Positions 34,803 to 44,679 of a stretch of 64,000 nucleotides of DNA are shown here, piece after piece; position 1 is the stretch's first letter; the number at the start of each line of letters is the position of its first letter. A model generated the notes under the pieces. It made no database searches. It was not told the origin of the DNA and saw only the letters and a program-made list of their open reading frames with translations. Source of the stretch: an uncultured Planctomycetota bacterium (GTDB taxonomy: Bacteria > Planctomycetota > Planctomycetia > Isosphaerales > Isosphaeraceae); assembly GCA_963823665.1 (NCBI GenBank), contig CAWGMQ010000007.1:224001-288000 (forward strand), read 5' to 3'. Made by a program: the position numbers and the translations under genes.

Positions 34803-36552
34803 GGGGCGTTCTCCTCGCGGTCGGAGGCTTCGACCAGGGCGATGAAGGCATCCTCGAGCGTCGGCTCGGTTTCGCCCGCACCTTGGACCTGGGCCTTCAG
34901 CTCGTCGGGCGAGCCCTTGGCGATCAAGCGCCCGCGGTAGACCAGGCCGATGCGGTCGCAGTACTCGGCCTCGTCGAGGAAGTGCGTTGTAACCATCACC
35001 GTCACGCCGCGCTCGACCATGCCATTGATGTGCGACCAGAACTCGCGGCGCGTGAGCGGATCGACGCCGGAGGTCGGCTCGTCGAGGAAGAGGACCGGGG
35101 GGTCGTGCATGATCGCGCAGGCGAGGGCCAGTCGCTGCTTGAAGCCCAGGGGGAGCTCGCCGGAGGTCGAGTCGAGCTGGGCGCGGAGATCGAAATCGGC
35201 GACAGCCCGGTCGATCACGTCGCGGCGGCGCGGCCGCTCAAGCCGTAGACGGACGCGAAGAAATGGAGGTTCTGGCGGACGCTCAGATCGCCGTAGAGTG
35301 AGAATTTCTGGGCCATGTAGCCCAGCCGGGCGCGGGCGGTGCCGGCGGCGCGATAGAGATCCAGCCCTGCGACACGGGCTTTGCCGGCGGTCGGCCGCAA
35401 CAGGCCGCACATCATCTTGAATGTGGTGGATTTGCCGGCACCGTTAGGGCCCAGGAGGCCGAAGATCTCGCCGCGGCGGATGCGGAAGGAAATGTGGTCG
35501 GCCGCGGTGAAGCTGCCGAATTGCTTGGTCAGCTCGTCGGCTTCCACCATGGTTGCGGCGCTTTCGTTGCCGTCGCGGTTGGCGTCGGGGGTGCGCGGCG
35601 CGGGGGCGGCCCGGGCCGCCTCGGCGTGAGGGCGACCGCCCACGAGGTCAACAAAGGCATCCTCGAAGCGCGGAGGCGTGGGGCTGATCGTGACGCGATC
35701 ATCGCCGAGATCAGCGGGCCGCGGCGGTTTCGCTCCGTCTGCGAGCAGCAGGCGAACGCTCGAGCCCTGGATGACGCCGTCGATCACCTCGGGGCGGCGC
35801 TGCGCGCGGGCGAGCAGCCGCCGCCGGCCGGCGCCCGCTCCGGCCACCAGGAAGGTGCGGCCCTCCAGGCGGGCGGTCAGCTCGCGGGGCGGACCGTCGT
35901 AGAGCAGCTTCCCCTCACTGAGAAGGAGCACCTCCCTACATCGCTCGGCCTCATCGAGGTAAGCGGTGCTCCAGACCACGCCGATACCGCGGTCGACCAG
36001 CTCGTAGACCATGCGCCAGAGCTCGCGCCGGGAGATCGGGTCGACGCCGACGGACGGCTCATCGAGCAGGAGCAAGGAGGGCGTGCTGAGGAGCGAGCAC
36101 GCCAGACCGAGCTTCTGCTTCATGCCGCCGGAGAGCTTGCCGGCGAGCCGGGTGGTGAACCTCCCCAGGTCGGTGAAGGCCAGGAGGCGCTTGCAGGCAT
36201 CGTCACGTTCCCGGCCGACGACTCCGCGGAGGTCGGCGTAGAGATCGAGGTTCTGCTGAACCGAGAGATCCTCGTAGAGACCGAAGCGCTGAGGCATGTA
36301 ACTGACGGAGCGGCGAAGCAGGTTGAGCTGGGTTTTGGGGTCACAACCGCAAACGGTGAGGCGGCCGGAGTTGGGGAGGAATAATCCGGCGAAGAGACGC
36401 AGTAAGGTTGTCTTGCCGGCACCATCGGGGCCGACCAGGCCGGTGACGCCGCCGGACCGGATGCGCGCGCTCAAGTTGTCGATGGCCGGCGCGGCTGTCG
36501 CTGCGAACCGTTTGGTCAGTCCCTCGGCGACAATCAGCGTCTGGTCGTTCAT
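34799..36552 (-). CDS. ybhF: Double-domain ABC ATPase (frameshift ~35225)
   Basis: [47 protein letters not shown]. Confidence 0.88.
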
Positions 36553-37721
36553 TGCTCCTCTCCGGCCGGCGGAGAGGGGAGCAAACTGCGGAGGCGTTCC
36601 CAGAGCGTGCGGGGCCGCTTGCGGTGCAAGTCGAAGGCGACGGTGACAGGCATCCCCTGGCGGAGGCCGCCGTCGGGTTTGTCGACCAGCACGCGCAGGC
36701 GATAGACCAGGTTGGTGCGCAGCTCGCGAGTCTCGACGGTTTTGGGCGTGAACTCGGCGGTCGGCGAGATGAAGCCGACCCGGGCCGGATAAGCCCGGCC
36801 GGGTTCCGAGTCGGTGGTGACACTGCGCCGGCCATGTCGGGGCGAACCAGGCCCAGGTCTCGCTCATTGACATAAGTTCGCACCCATACTGGGCGAGCCA
36901 GGGTCAGGGTGAAGACGGTTTCGCCGGGCTGCACGATGGCGCCGCGCTCGCGTGCGCGGGTGAGGATGATTCCGTCGGCCGGGGCGACCAGGTCGGCATC
37001 CGCCAGCCGGCGCTCCGACTGGATGAGCATGGCTTCCTGCTGACTGAGCGTGGCACGGCCGGCGTCAATATCTTCCTGGCGCGGGCCGATCTCGGCGAGC
37101 CGCAGGCCGGCCTGGGCAAAGTTGACATTGGCCTCGGCGGACCGGACGGCCTGACGGCGTGAGTCGACATCTTCCTTGCTCATCCCGCCGTCGGGCGCGA
37201 GCTCTTCGGCCCGTTTCAAGTTGGCCCGGGCGAGGTCGAGCGTTGCCTGGCGCTGTCGCGAGCTCGGCGCGTGCTTCGGTGATCTCCTCCGGGCGCGAGC
37301 CATGCACCAGCCGGGCCAGGTTGGCGGCGGCGTTGTCGCGGCGGGAGCGCGCCAGCAGCAGCTCGTCCGAGAAGTAGCGTTTGTCGAGCGTGGCGATGAT
37401 CTGACCGGTGCGGGCCTCGTCGCCCTCGTCGACGGCCAGGGTTTCGATTCGCCCGTCAACCTTGAATGCGAGATTGACCTGGCGGACATCGATGTTGCCC
37501 TGGAGGACGAGCTGGGCGTCTTCCTCCGCCGGTGTGTGCGAGAGGACGTACCATAGACCGCCTGCGAGCCCGATAGAAACCAATCCCGCCAGCAGGAGGA
37601 TCGTGAGGCGGCGGTGCCCCCGGCGCGGCGCTTGCTCGGGGGGGTTCTCGGGACGGGGCGCGGCTTCGGCGGCGGGGCGCCGAGGCGCATCGGGTAATTT
37701 CACCACGCTCGCGGCCGTCAT
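36549..37721 (-). CDS. ybhG: HlyD-family membrane fusion protein (frameshifts ~37250 and ~36810)
   Basis: [51 protein letters not shown]. Confidence 0.8.
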
Positions 37722-38388
37722 GAGCGCCCCCTTTCCGATCCAGGGGCCGGCGAGGTCGCCGGCCGGTCGGCTCGCAGGCCGTGGAGGAGAAAATCGAGAT
37801 GGGCGCAGGAGCACGGCGGAGCTCATCGAGCGGCCGGTCGTCGTGCGGGCCGAGCGAGTGCTTCCAGAGCGCGGTGAATATCATCGGGCCGATCACGCAG
37901 AAGACGACATGATCGACGTCCACCGGACGAAACTCGCCGTGCTCGATGCCGCGGCGCAGAATCGCGGCGATCAGGTTGATTCCACGATGGGCGACGATAT
38001 CGAGATAAAAGCGAGCCAGCTCGGGAAAGTTGCCGGCCTCGGCGATGACCAGCTTGGGGATCACGCTCGCGGGCGAGGCGATGACGGCCTCCCAGGTTGC
38101 GATCAGGCGCTCGAGCAGGACCGGGGCGGGGATTGGCTCGGCGAGCAAGGCCTCGAGTTGATCAAGGTTCTGGGCGACCGCGCCGCGCACGACCGCCTTG
38201 AAGAGGTCTTCCTTGCTGGGATAGTAGAGGTAGATCGTTCCTTTGGTCACGCCAGCGCGGGCTGCCACATCCTCGAGCCGAGTCGCCGCAAACCCGCGAT
38301 CACGAAAGCATTCCAGCGCCGCGGCCATGATCTCGGCGGGCCGGGCCCCCTTGCGTCGCCGCCAGCGAGTTGGCGCTTCGATCGCCAT
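37718..38388 (-). CDS. TetR-family regulator (frameshift ~37815)
   Basis: AALECFRDRGFAATRLEDVAARAGVTKGTIYLYYPSKEDLF. Confidence 0.9.
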
Positions 38389-38430
38389 ATGTCGCACCTC
38401 TTGTAAATAAATTACTGGTCAGTCAATTGC

Positions 38431-38459
38431 ATCTTACTGACTGACGGGTAAGTAATCAA
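38431..38459 (-). promoter_or_regulatory. Sigma70-like promoter with an overlapping TetR-type operator
   Basis: TTGATT-17nt-TAAGAT. Imperfect palindrome TTACTGAC-N6-GTAAGTAA at 38434-38455 and a related site at 38412-38427. Confidence 0.65.
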
Positions 38460-38641
38460 GGTCTAGCCAGCCGGGCTCGCCGTGCGGATGGGAGCGACGT
38501 TGTAAACGATGACCTGACCCGACGCTTAGATAATCAGCCGACCGCCGCGGTGCCATGCAAGGGGCTGGTGCCGTCGCCCACCAGCCTCCGGGCTCAGCCC
38601 GGACGGCCGCCGTATGCTCCGGGCGATCGAGGAACCCAGTC

Positions 38642-41600
38642 ATGGCCGTCGATCCGCAGGTGCTAGAGCTACTCGACGAGCTCTGCGACTCCGGGTGTAC
38701 TCCGGAGGAGGTCTGCGCCGCCTGCCCCGAGCTGCTGCCCGAGGTCCGCCGTCGCTGGCTACAGATGTGCGCCGTCAAGGCGGACCTCGATGCGCTGTTG
38801 CCGGCGCCGGGGTCCGACGCCGGTCCGGGCGGCGATACCTCCGTTCCGTGGCATACCGGCGACGAGCTGCCGCAGATACCGGGCTATGAGCTGGAGGCCC
38901 TCCTCGGGCGCGGGGGCATGGGCCTGGTCTACAAGGCCCGGCACCTCCGGCTCAACCGCTTCGTCGCCGTCAAGATGCTGATCACCGGCGCCTACGCCGG
39001 GCCGGACGAGCGGGCACGGTTCCAGCGTGAAGCGGAGGCGGCGGCCAGCCTGCACCACGCCAACATCGTGCAGGTCCACGACGTGGGAGACCACCAGGGG
39101 TGGCCGTACTTCACGATGGAGCTGCTCGAGGGGGGCAGCCTGTCCCGGGCGCTGGCCGGCACGCCGCAGCCGGCCCGCCAGGCGGCCGCGCTCGTGGCCA
39201 CGCTGGCCGAGGCCGTTCAGGTCGCGCACCGAGGCGGGATCGTGCACCGCGATCTGAAGCCGGCCAACATCCTGCTGACGGCTGAGGGCACACCCAAGGT
39301 CGCCGATTTCGGGCTGGCGCGGCACTTTGAGGGAGAGCCGGCCTTTACGCTGAGCGGTACTCGGATCGGGACTCCCAGCTACATGGCCCCCGAGCAGGTC
39401 ATCGGGAAGGCGGGTACGATCGGGCCGGCCGTCGACATCTACGCACTAGGCGTTTTGCTCTACGAGATGCTCACCGGCAGGCCGCCGTTCCGAGGCGAGA
39501 GCCCGGCCGAAACCGAGCGGCAGGTCCTCAATCACGAACCGGTATCCCCCGCGCGATTGAACCCGAAGGTCCCGCGCGACCTGGAGACGATCTGTTTGAA
39601 GTGCCTGTCCAAGGAGCCGCAGCGTCGCTACGGCAGCGCCGCGGCGCTGGCTGCCGATCTGACGCGCTTCGGCGAGGGACGGCCGATCGCCGCAAGGCCC
39701 GTCAGCCATGCAGAGCGATTCTGGCGCTGGGGCCGGCGCAACCCGACGGCGGCGGCGCTCTTGGCAACGGCGCTGGCTTCGATGGGGCTCCTGAGCGCCG
39801 GCGGCGTGTGGCTCGCGCAGCAGCGAGCCCGCCACGACGCGGAGATGCGCAAAGACGTCGTCACAGCCGTGGCCCAGGCCGATAGTCTCCGCACAGGGTT
39901 CCACTTCCGCGAGGCGCGAAAGCTGCTGGAACAGGCGCGGCAGCGGCTGGAACCGGCGGAGCCCGCCGACTTGCGCAGACAGGTGGATCAGGCGCGGTCC
40001 GACCTGGAATTGGTTGAGGAATTGGACAAGGCTCGCCTACAGACCAACGCCCCCGTAAAGGGGAGGTTCGAGATAAAGTGGGCCGAGCCGCTGTACGCGG
40101 AGGCCTTCGCGAACGCGGGGTTGGGCGAGCCGGGAGACGACAGCGCGGCGGTGGCGGCACGGGTGCGGGACTCGGCGGTGTGCGCGGACATCGTCGCCTC
40201 CCTCGACGACTGGGCCAGCACGTCCTTGGATCCGGCGCGGCGGGCGTGGTTACTGGCGGTCGCCCGTGGGACAGACCCAAACCCCCTACGGGACCGCCTG
40301 CGCCAGCCGGAGTTGTGGCGGGACGGTCCCGCGCTCACGAAGCTCATCCAGGAGACAAGGCTTGTCGAGAAGGTGCGAGCTGATGAGCTATCCCCGCACT
40401 TGGCGGTCACGCTGAGCCGGATCTTGCTCCAGAACCACCAGGAGGCGGAGCCGCTGCTGACCGCAGCGCATGCGCGTCACCGGCAGGACTTCTGGCTCAA
40501 CTTCCAGTTGGGCTGGACCTTGTGCGGCTCCCGGCGGAGCGACGAGGCGCTGGGCTATTTCCGTGCGGCGATGGCGCTTCGGCCCGATGCCGCCCCGGCC
40601 TACCGCGGCGTCGGCGCGTCCCTCTTTAATATGGGTCGTGTGGATGAGGCCATCGGCTATTTTCAGCAAGCCCTCGACATGGCCCCCGACTATGCCGCGG
40701 CCCATCACGACATCGGGTCTGCCCTGGGCGAGAAGCGCCGGCTGGACGAGGCCATCGACCATTTCCGCGAAGCCATCCGGCTGCGCCCAGAGAGGTCGGC
40801 CGAGACACACACTTTACTCGCGACTGCCCTGCGAGAAAAGGGCCGGCTGGACGAGGCCATCGACCAATATCAGCAAGCCATCCGGCTGGACCCGAGCAGG
40901 TCGGCCAGGGCACACACCGGCTTGTGCGCGGCTATGTACGTCAAGGGGCGTCTTGACGACGCCATAAGTCATGCCCAGGAAGCCATCCGGCTCGACCCGA
41001 AAGGGTCCGCCCGGGCACACATCACCCTCGGCGCTTCTCTGAACGCCAACGGCCGGCCGGCCGAGGCGATCGGCCATTTCCAGGTCGCCGTCCGGCTCGA
41101 ACCCAATTTAGCCCCGGCCCACTTCAGCCTTGCGATTGTCCTGCGGGACAAGGGCCGGCTGGACGAGGCCATCGGCCACTTCGAGCGAGGTCTCGGGCTC
41201 GACCCCAACCTGGCGGTCGCCCGACGTCCGCTCTTCACGTGCCGATACGCCGCCGCCTGCGCCGCGGTCCGGGCTGCGGGTGGCGATGACGCTCGGCAGC
41301 CGCGAGTTGCTGAGGCGGAGCGAGCCGGCCTGCGCCGGCGAGCGCTCGACTGGCTGCTGGCCAACATCGAACTGACGACCGAGCTGCTCAAGCGTGGTAA
41401 GGCGGTCGATTGGTCGCTCGCTGCCTGGCAAACGGAGCCCACCCTGGCCGGCGTGCGTGACTGGGATGCGCTGGCGAAGTTGCCCGACGCCGAGCGCGAC
41501 CAGTGGCAGCGCCTCTGGGCGGACGTGGCAGCACAGGTTGCCGCCGATCCCCTGGGGCAGGGCCGGGCTCAGGCCGCCCGCCGGGAATGGGCCCGGGCCG

Positions 41601-42232
41601 CCGATGGTTACGCACGAGCCTTGAAGCACGGCCCGACGGACGACGGCAACTTCTGGTTCGAGTACGCCGCGGTGCTCCTGCTGTCCGGCGATCGCCCGGG
41701 CTACGAGAAGGCGTGTGCCCACCTTGTGGATCGGTGCGGCAAGGACAAGGGCCTGCGGCCGTACCACGTGGCCCGCGCCTGTACCCTGGCCCCCCACGCC
41801 ATCGCGGACATGTCGCTGCCGGGCCGTTTAGCCGAGAAGGAACTCCAGGCCTCCCGAGAATTCTGGTCATTGACCGAACAAGGGGCCCTGGCGTTCAGGG
41901 CCGGCCGGCTCCAGCAGGCGGTGCCGTTGTTCGAGCAGAGTCTCCAGGCCGAGCAAAAGTCGGGCCGTGCGGTGCTCAACTGGCTGTGGCTGGCCTTGAG
42001 CAATCAGCGCCTCGGGAAGGCCGAGGAGGCGCGACGCTGGCTGGAGAAGGCCCAGGTGTGGCTCGACCAGTACCATGACGGGATGCCGGCCCGGGCCGAA
42101 GAGGAGTTAGGGTTGCACTACCACAACTGGCTGGAAGCGCACGTCCTGCGCCGCGAGGCGGAAGCACTGATTCCGTCCACAGGTCCCCGAAGTGGTCCGG
42201 AAGACCGGGAAGGCGGGGTGGCACGGAAATGA
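38642..42232 (+). CDS. Ser/Thr protein kinase with TPR repeats
   Basis: LGRGGMGLVY, HRDLKPAN, DFGLA, GTPSYMAPEQ, TM helix and repeated GRLDEAI..F..AI.L.P. Confidence 0.93.
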   Translation: MAVDPQVLELLDELCDSGCTPEEVCAACPELLPEVRRRWLQMCAVKADLDALLPAPGSDAGPGGDTSVPWHTGDELPQIPGYELEALLGRGGMGLVYKARHLRLNRFVAVKMLITGAYAGPDERARFQREAEAAASLHHANIVQVHDVGDHQGWPYFTMELLEGGSLSRALAGTPQPARQAAALVATLAEAVQVAHRGGIVHRDLKPANILLTAEGTPKVADFGLARHFEGEPAFTLSGTRIGTPSYMAPEQVIGKAGTIGPAVDIYALGVLLYEMLTGRPPFRGESPAETERQVLNHEPVSPARLNPKVPRDLETICLKCLSKEPQRRYGSAAALAADLTRFGEGRPIAARPVSHAERFWRWGRRNPTAAALLATALASMGLLSAGGVWLAQQRARHDAEMRKDVVTAVAQADSLRTGFHFREARKLLEQARQRLEPAEPADLRRQVDQARSDLELVEELDKARLQTNAPVKGRFEIKWAEPLYAEAFANAGLGEPGDDSAAVAARVRDSAVCADIVASLDDWASTSLDPARRAWLLAVARGTDPNPLRDRLRQPELWRDGPALTKLIQETRLVEKVRADELSPHLAVTLSRILLQNHQEAEPLLTAAHARHRQDFWLNFQLGWTLCGSRRSDEALGYFRAAMALRPDAAPAYRGVGASLFNMGRVDEAIGYFQQALDMAPDYAAAHHDIGSALGEKRRLDEAIDHFREAIRLRPERSAETHTLLATALREKGRLDEAIDQYQQAIRLDPSRSARAHTGLCAAMYVKGRLDDAISHAQEAIRLDPKGSARAHITLGASLNANGRPAEAIGHFQVAVRLEPNLAPAHFSLAIVLRDKGRLDEAIGHFERGLGLDPNLAVARRPLFTCRYAAACAAVRAAGGDDARQPRVAEAERAGLRRRALDWLLANIELTTELLKRGKAVDWSLAAWQTEPTLAGVRDWDALAKLPDAERDQWQRLWADVAAQVAADPLGQGRAQAARREWARAADGYARALKHGPTDDGNFWFEYAAVLLLSGDRPGYEKACAHLVDRCGKDKGLRPYHVARACTLAPHAIADMSLPGRLAEKELQASREFWSLTEQGALAFRAGRLQQAVPLFEQSLQAEQKSGRAVLNWLWLALSNQRLGKAEEARRWLEKAQVWLDQYHDGMPARAEEELGLHYHNWLEAHVLRREAEALIPSTGPRSGPEDREGGVARK

Positions 42233-42480
42233 ACGCCTTCTGAGGCAAGCCGATGTCTTCGACTCGCGAGGCACTGACCGCCGCCGCCGGCTATGGTGGG
42301 ACGGCGGAACCAACTCCTTTTTCAAATGCAAGAGTGACATCCTTCCGGTATTTGAAATGTGCAAAAGGTGAACCGGGGAAGAAATGGCGATGCTTGATTC
42401 GACGAAAGGGGCCGGATAACATCCAGGCTCGTTGTGGTTGTGCGCCTTGATCTTCGTGCCGAGCCAAGGAGACTGGTCCA

Positions 42481-43434
42481 ATGAACGCAGCTTCGGTGAA
42501 TCGCCGGCAGTTTCTGGAAGGCAGTCTTGCGTGCGGCGCATTGATCGGCGCGGGAGTAGCCAGGGGCGCGGTTGTGCAGGATTCTGGCAAACCGGGAGCG
42601 GGCAAGATTGGCGATTTCAAGATTTCCCTGGCGGAATGGTCGTTGCACAAGGCGCTTTTCAGCCACAAGATCGACAACCTCGACTTTCCCAAGATCGCCA
42701 AGGAAGAGTACGGGATCGAAGGGGTCGAGTTCGTGAACCAGTTCTTCAAGGACAAGGCGGATGATTCCGCGTACCTGAAGGACCTCAAGAAGCGCGCGGA
42801 TGACAACGGCGTGACGTGCGTCTTGATCATGATCGACGGCGAGGGAGATTTGAGCGCCGTCGAGCAGGAAGCGCGGATGAAAGCCGTTGAAAATCACAAG
42901 AAGTGGGTCGACGCGGCGGCGGCGCTGGGGTGCCATGCGATCCGGGTGAACACGGGTGGGCATTACAGTCCGACGGAAGTCGGGCCGGTGGCCGAGGCCT
43001 GCGGCTTGTTGACGGACCATGGCGCGAAGAGCCAGATCAAGATCATCTGCGAGAACCATGGGGGGCCTTCGAGCAACCCGGATGCGATGGTTGCCTTGAT
43101 GAAAGCCGTCAACCGGTCAGATTTCGGGACGCTGCCGGATTTCGGCAACTTTCCGCAGGAGGAGGGGAAGTACAAGATTGACATCTACGACGCGATCGCT
43201 CGGATGATGCCGTATGCCAAGGGCGTTTCGGCCAAGAGCTACGACTTCGACAGCTCGGGCAAGGAGACCAAGCTGGACTTCGCGCGGATCATGAAGATCG
43301 TGAGCGATGCGAACTATCACGGCTTCGTGGGAATCGAGTATGAAGGGAGCCGGCTGTCGGAGCCCGAGGGCATCCGCGCCACCAAGAAACTGCTCGAATC
43401 GCTGCGCGGCAGCAATTATGAGCCGAGCGCATGA
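42481..43434 (+). CDS. Tat-exported sugar-phosphate isomerase/epimerase (TIM barrel)
   Basis: NRRQFL Tat motif, ISLAEWSLH, ENHGG, LPDFGNF, GIEYEG. Confidence 0.88.
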   Translation: MNAASVNRRQFLEGSLACGALIGAGVARGAVVQDSGKPGAGKIGDFKISLAEWSLHKALFSHKIDNLDFPKIAKEEYGIEGVEFVNQFFKDKADDSAYLKDLKKRADDNGVTCVLIMIDGEGDLSAVEQEARMKAVENHKKWVDAAAALGCHAIRVNTGGHYSPTEVGPVAEACGLLTDHGAKSQIKIICENHGGPSSNPDAMVALMKAVNRSDFGTLPDFGNFPQEEGKYKIDIYDAIARMMPYAKGVSAKSYDFDSSGKETKLDFARIMKIVSDANYHGFVGIEYEGSRLSEPEGIRATKKLLESLRGSNYEPSA

Positions 43435-43460
43435 GCGCTCCCGGCGTGCATTGACGCTCG

Positions 43461-43838
43461 CTACTCCGTCATCGATCCGATAATGGCCAGGCCAACCGCA
43501 CCGGCGATCACCAGCGCGCCGATCACGACCCCGAGCGCGGGGAAAGTCTTCGACCGATCGCGCTGAAAGAGCCCGGCGATTCCCAGACCGACGCTCACCA
43601 CGGCGAGAAATATGCCACCGATGAACCCCAGAATCAGAATCGCTTCCTGGGGCGATACCTCATCCATGCCTGCCGGATCCGCCGATTCGTCGAGGAGGGC
43701 GGCGAACGCGACGACGGCAACCTCGACCAAGCCGGCAACGCACGCGATCACGAACGAGCTGATTCCCAGGACCGAGTGCTCGGGCTCGTCGTCGTCATCG
43801 TCGTCGTCGTCTTGAAATCTCGACTCGTAAGGATTCAT
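43461..43838 (-). CDS. Small membrane protein
   Basis: Acidic N-terminus, HSVLGISSFVIA, 3 TM helices. Confidence 0.7.
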   Translation of the reverse strand: MNPYESRFQDDDDDDDDEPEHSVLGISSFVIACVAGLVEVAVVAFAALLDESADPAGMDEVSPQEAILILGFIGGIFLAVVSVGLGIAGLFQRDRSKTFPALGVVIGALVIAGAVGLAIIGSMTE

Positions 43839-43868
43839 CGGCTGGTCCGCAGTTTTGTGGGTCGTTGA

Positions 43869-43947
43869 TCAGACCCGTCGGGTCCAATGGTCCTGATGGC
43901 GTTTCAAGTGGGAGACCGAGATTACGCGAGCGGTTTTTCCGATCCAC
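43869..43947 (-). pseudogene. RelE/ParE-like toxin remnant (internal deletion)
   Basis: Only the C-terminal 'RVISVSHLKRHQDHWTRRV*' remains, directly after the addiction-module gene. Confidence 0.55.
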
Positions 43948-44185
43948 TCGAGCGCCCTTCCAGCCGTCGGCGCACTCGATCTCGAACCACAGACCATGGT
44001 GCCGTCTGGACGGCGCCGGAGTCTATTTCTGCGGAGCGGCGATTGATTTCAACCAGCAATTCCGGGTCGAACGGAAGTTCGCTCTCGTAGCTTCGTGAAG
44101 CGATTAGCGCGTCGACGAGATCCAGGCGTTCTTCTTCTGGTAACGTCAATGCGAGTTGGAGTACTTGTTGGGCCGCGGGGCTCAT
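43922..44185 (-). CDS. Putative addiction-module antitoxin (TIGR02574-like)
   Basis: ALTLPEEERLDLVDALIAS..EINRRSAEIDSGAVQTAPWSVV. Confidence 0.8.
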   Translation of the reverse strand: MSPAAQQVLQLALTLPEEERLDLVDALIASRSYESELPFDPELLVEINRRSAEIDSGAVQTAPWSVVRDRVRRRLEGRSSGSEKPLA

Positions 44186-44279
44186 TGATAGTTCGTCCAG
44201 GGAGTCAGGGACCGATGCCAGAACAAACGCCATTTTACTCCCTGCCGCCGGCGGAGTCGAGCGGCCGTCGCGCTGTCGT

Positions 44280-44588
44280 TCAAGCAGGATTGGGGTTCTT
44301 CTGCGGCAAGAGGACGCGGCGAAGTGCCATGCCGGCGTATGCTCCTGCAAAGGCGAAAGGAAGCGCCAGGAGCGATCCGTAATTGCGGTGAAGTGCGATT
44401 CCCTGCGCAGGAATCCACAACCCGACGGCGAGGGCCCAGAGCCACGGCCGGCCGGCGGCGCCCAGGATGCCCGTGACAAGCAAAATGGCCGCCACGGTGA
44501 CGCCGGTGTCATCCCAGTTCGGCCGTGAATCGACGTAGGCGATGCCGGCACCAATGGTCAGCGCGGCCACGAATAGCACTTTGTTCAT
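44280..44588 (-). CDS. Small membrane protein
   Basis: IAYVDSRPNWDDTGVT..RPWLWALAVGLWIP. Confidence 0.7.
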   Translation of the reverse strand: MNKVLFVAALTIGAGIAYVDSRPNWDDTGVTVAAILLVTGILGAAGRPWLWALAVGLWIPAQGIALHRNYGSLLALPFAFAGAYAGMALRRVLLPQKNPNPA

Positions 44589-44619
44589 CCGGAAATACCC
44601 TCGCTCGAGCTGTCATTTA

Positions 44620-44664
44620 ACTTTGCAATGCAAAGTATCTTACCGGCGAGAGCGAGTGAGTCAA
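44620..44664 (-). promoter_or_regulatory. Sigma70-like promoter plus perfect operator palindrome
   Basis: TTGACT-16nt-TAAGAT followed by ACTTTGCA-N-TGCAAAGT (44620-44636). Confidence 0.55.
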
Positions 44665-44679
44665 GGTGTTGATTAATCG

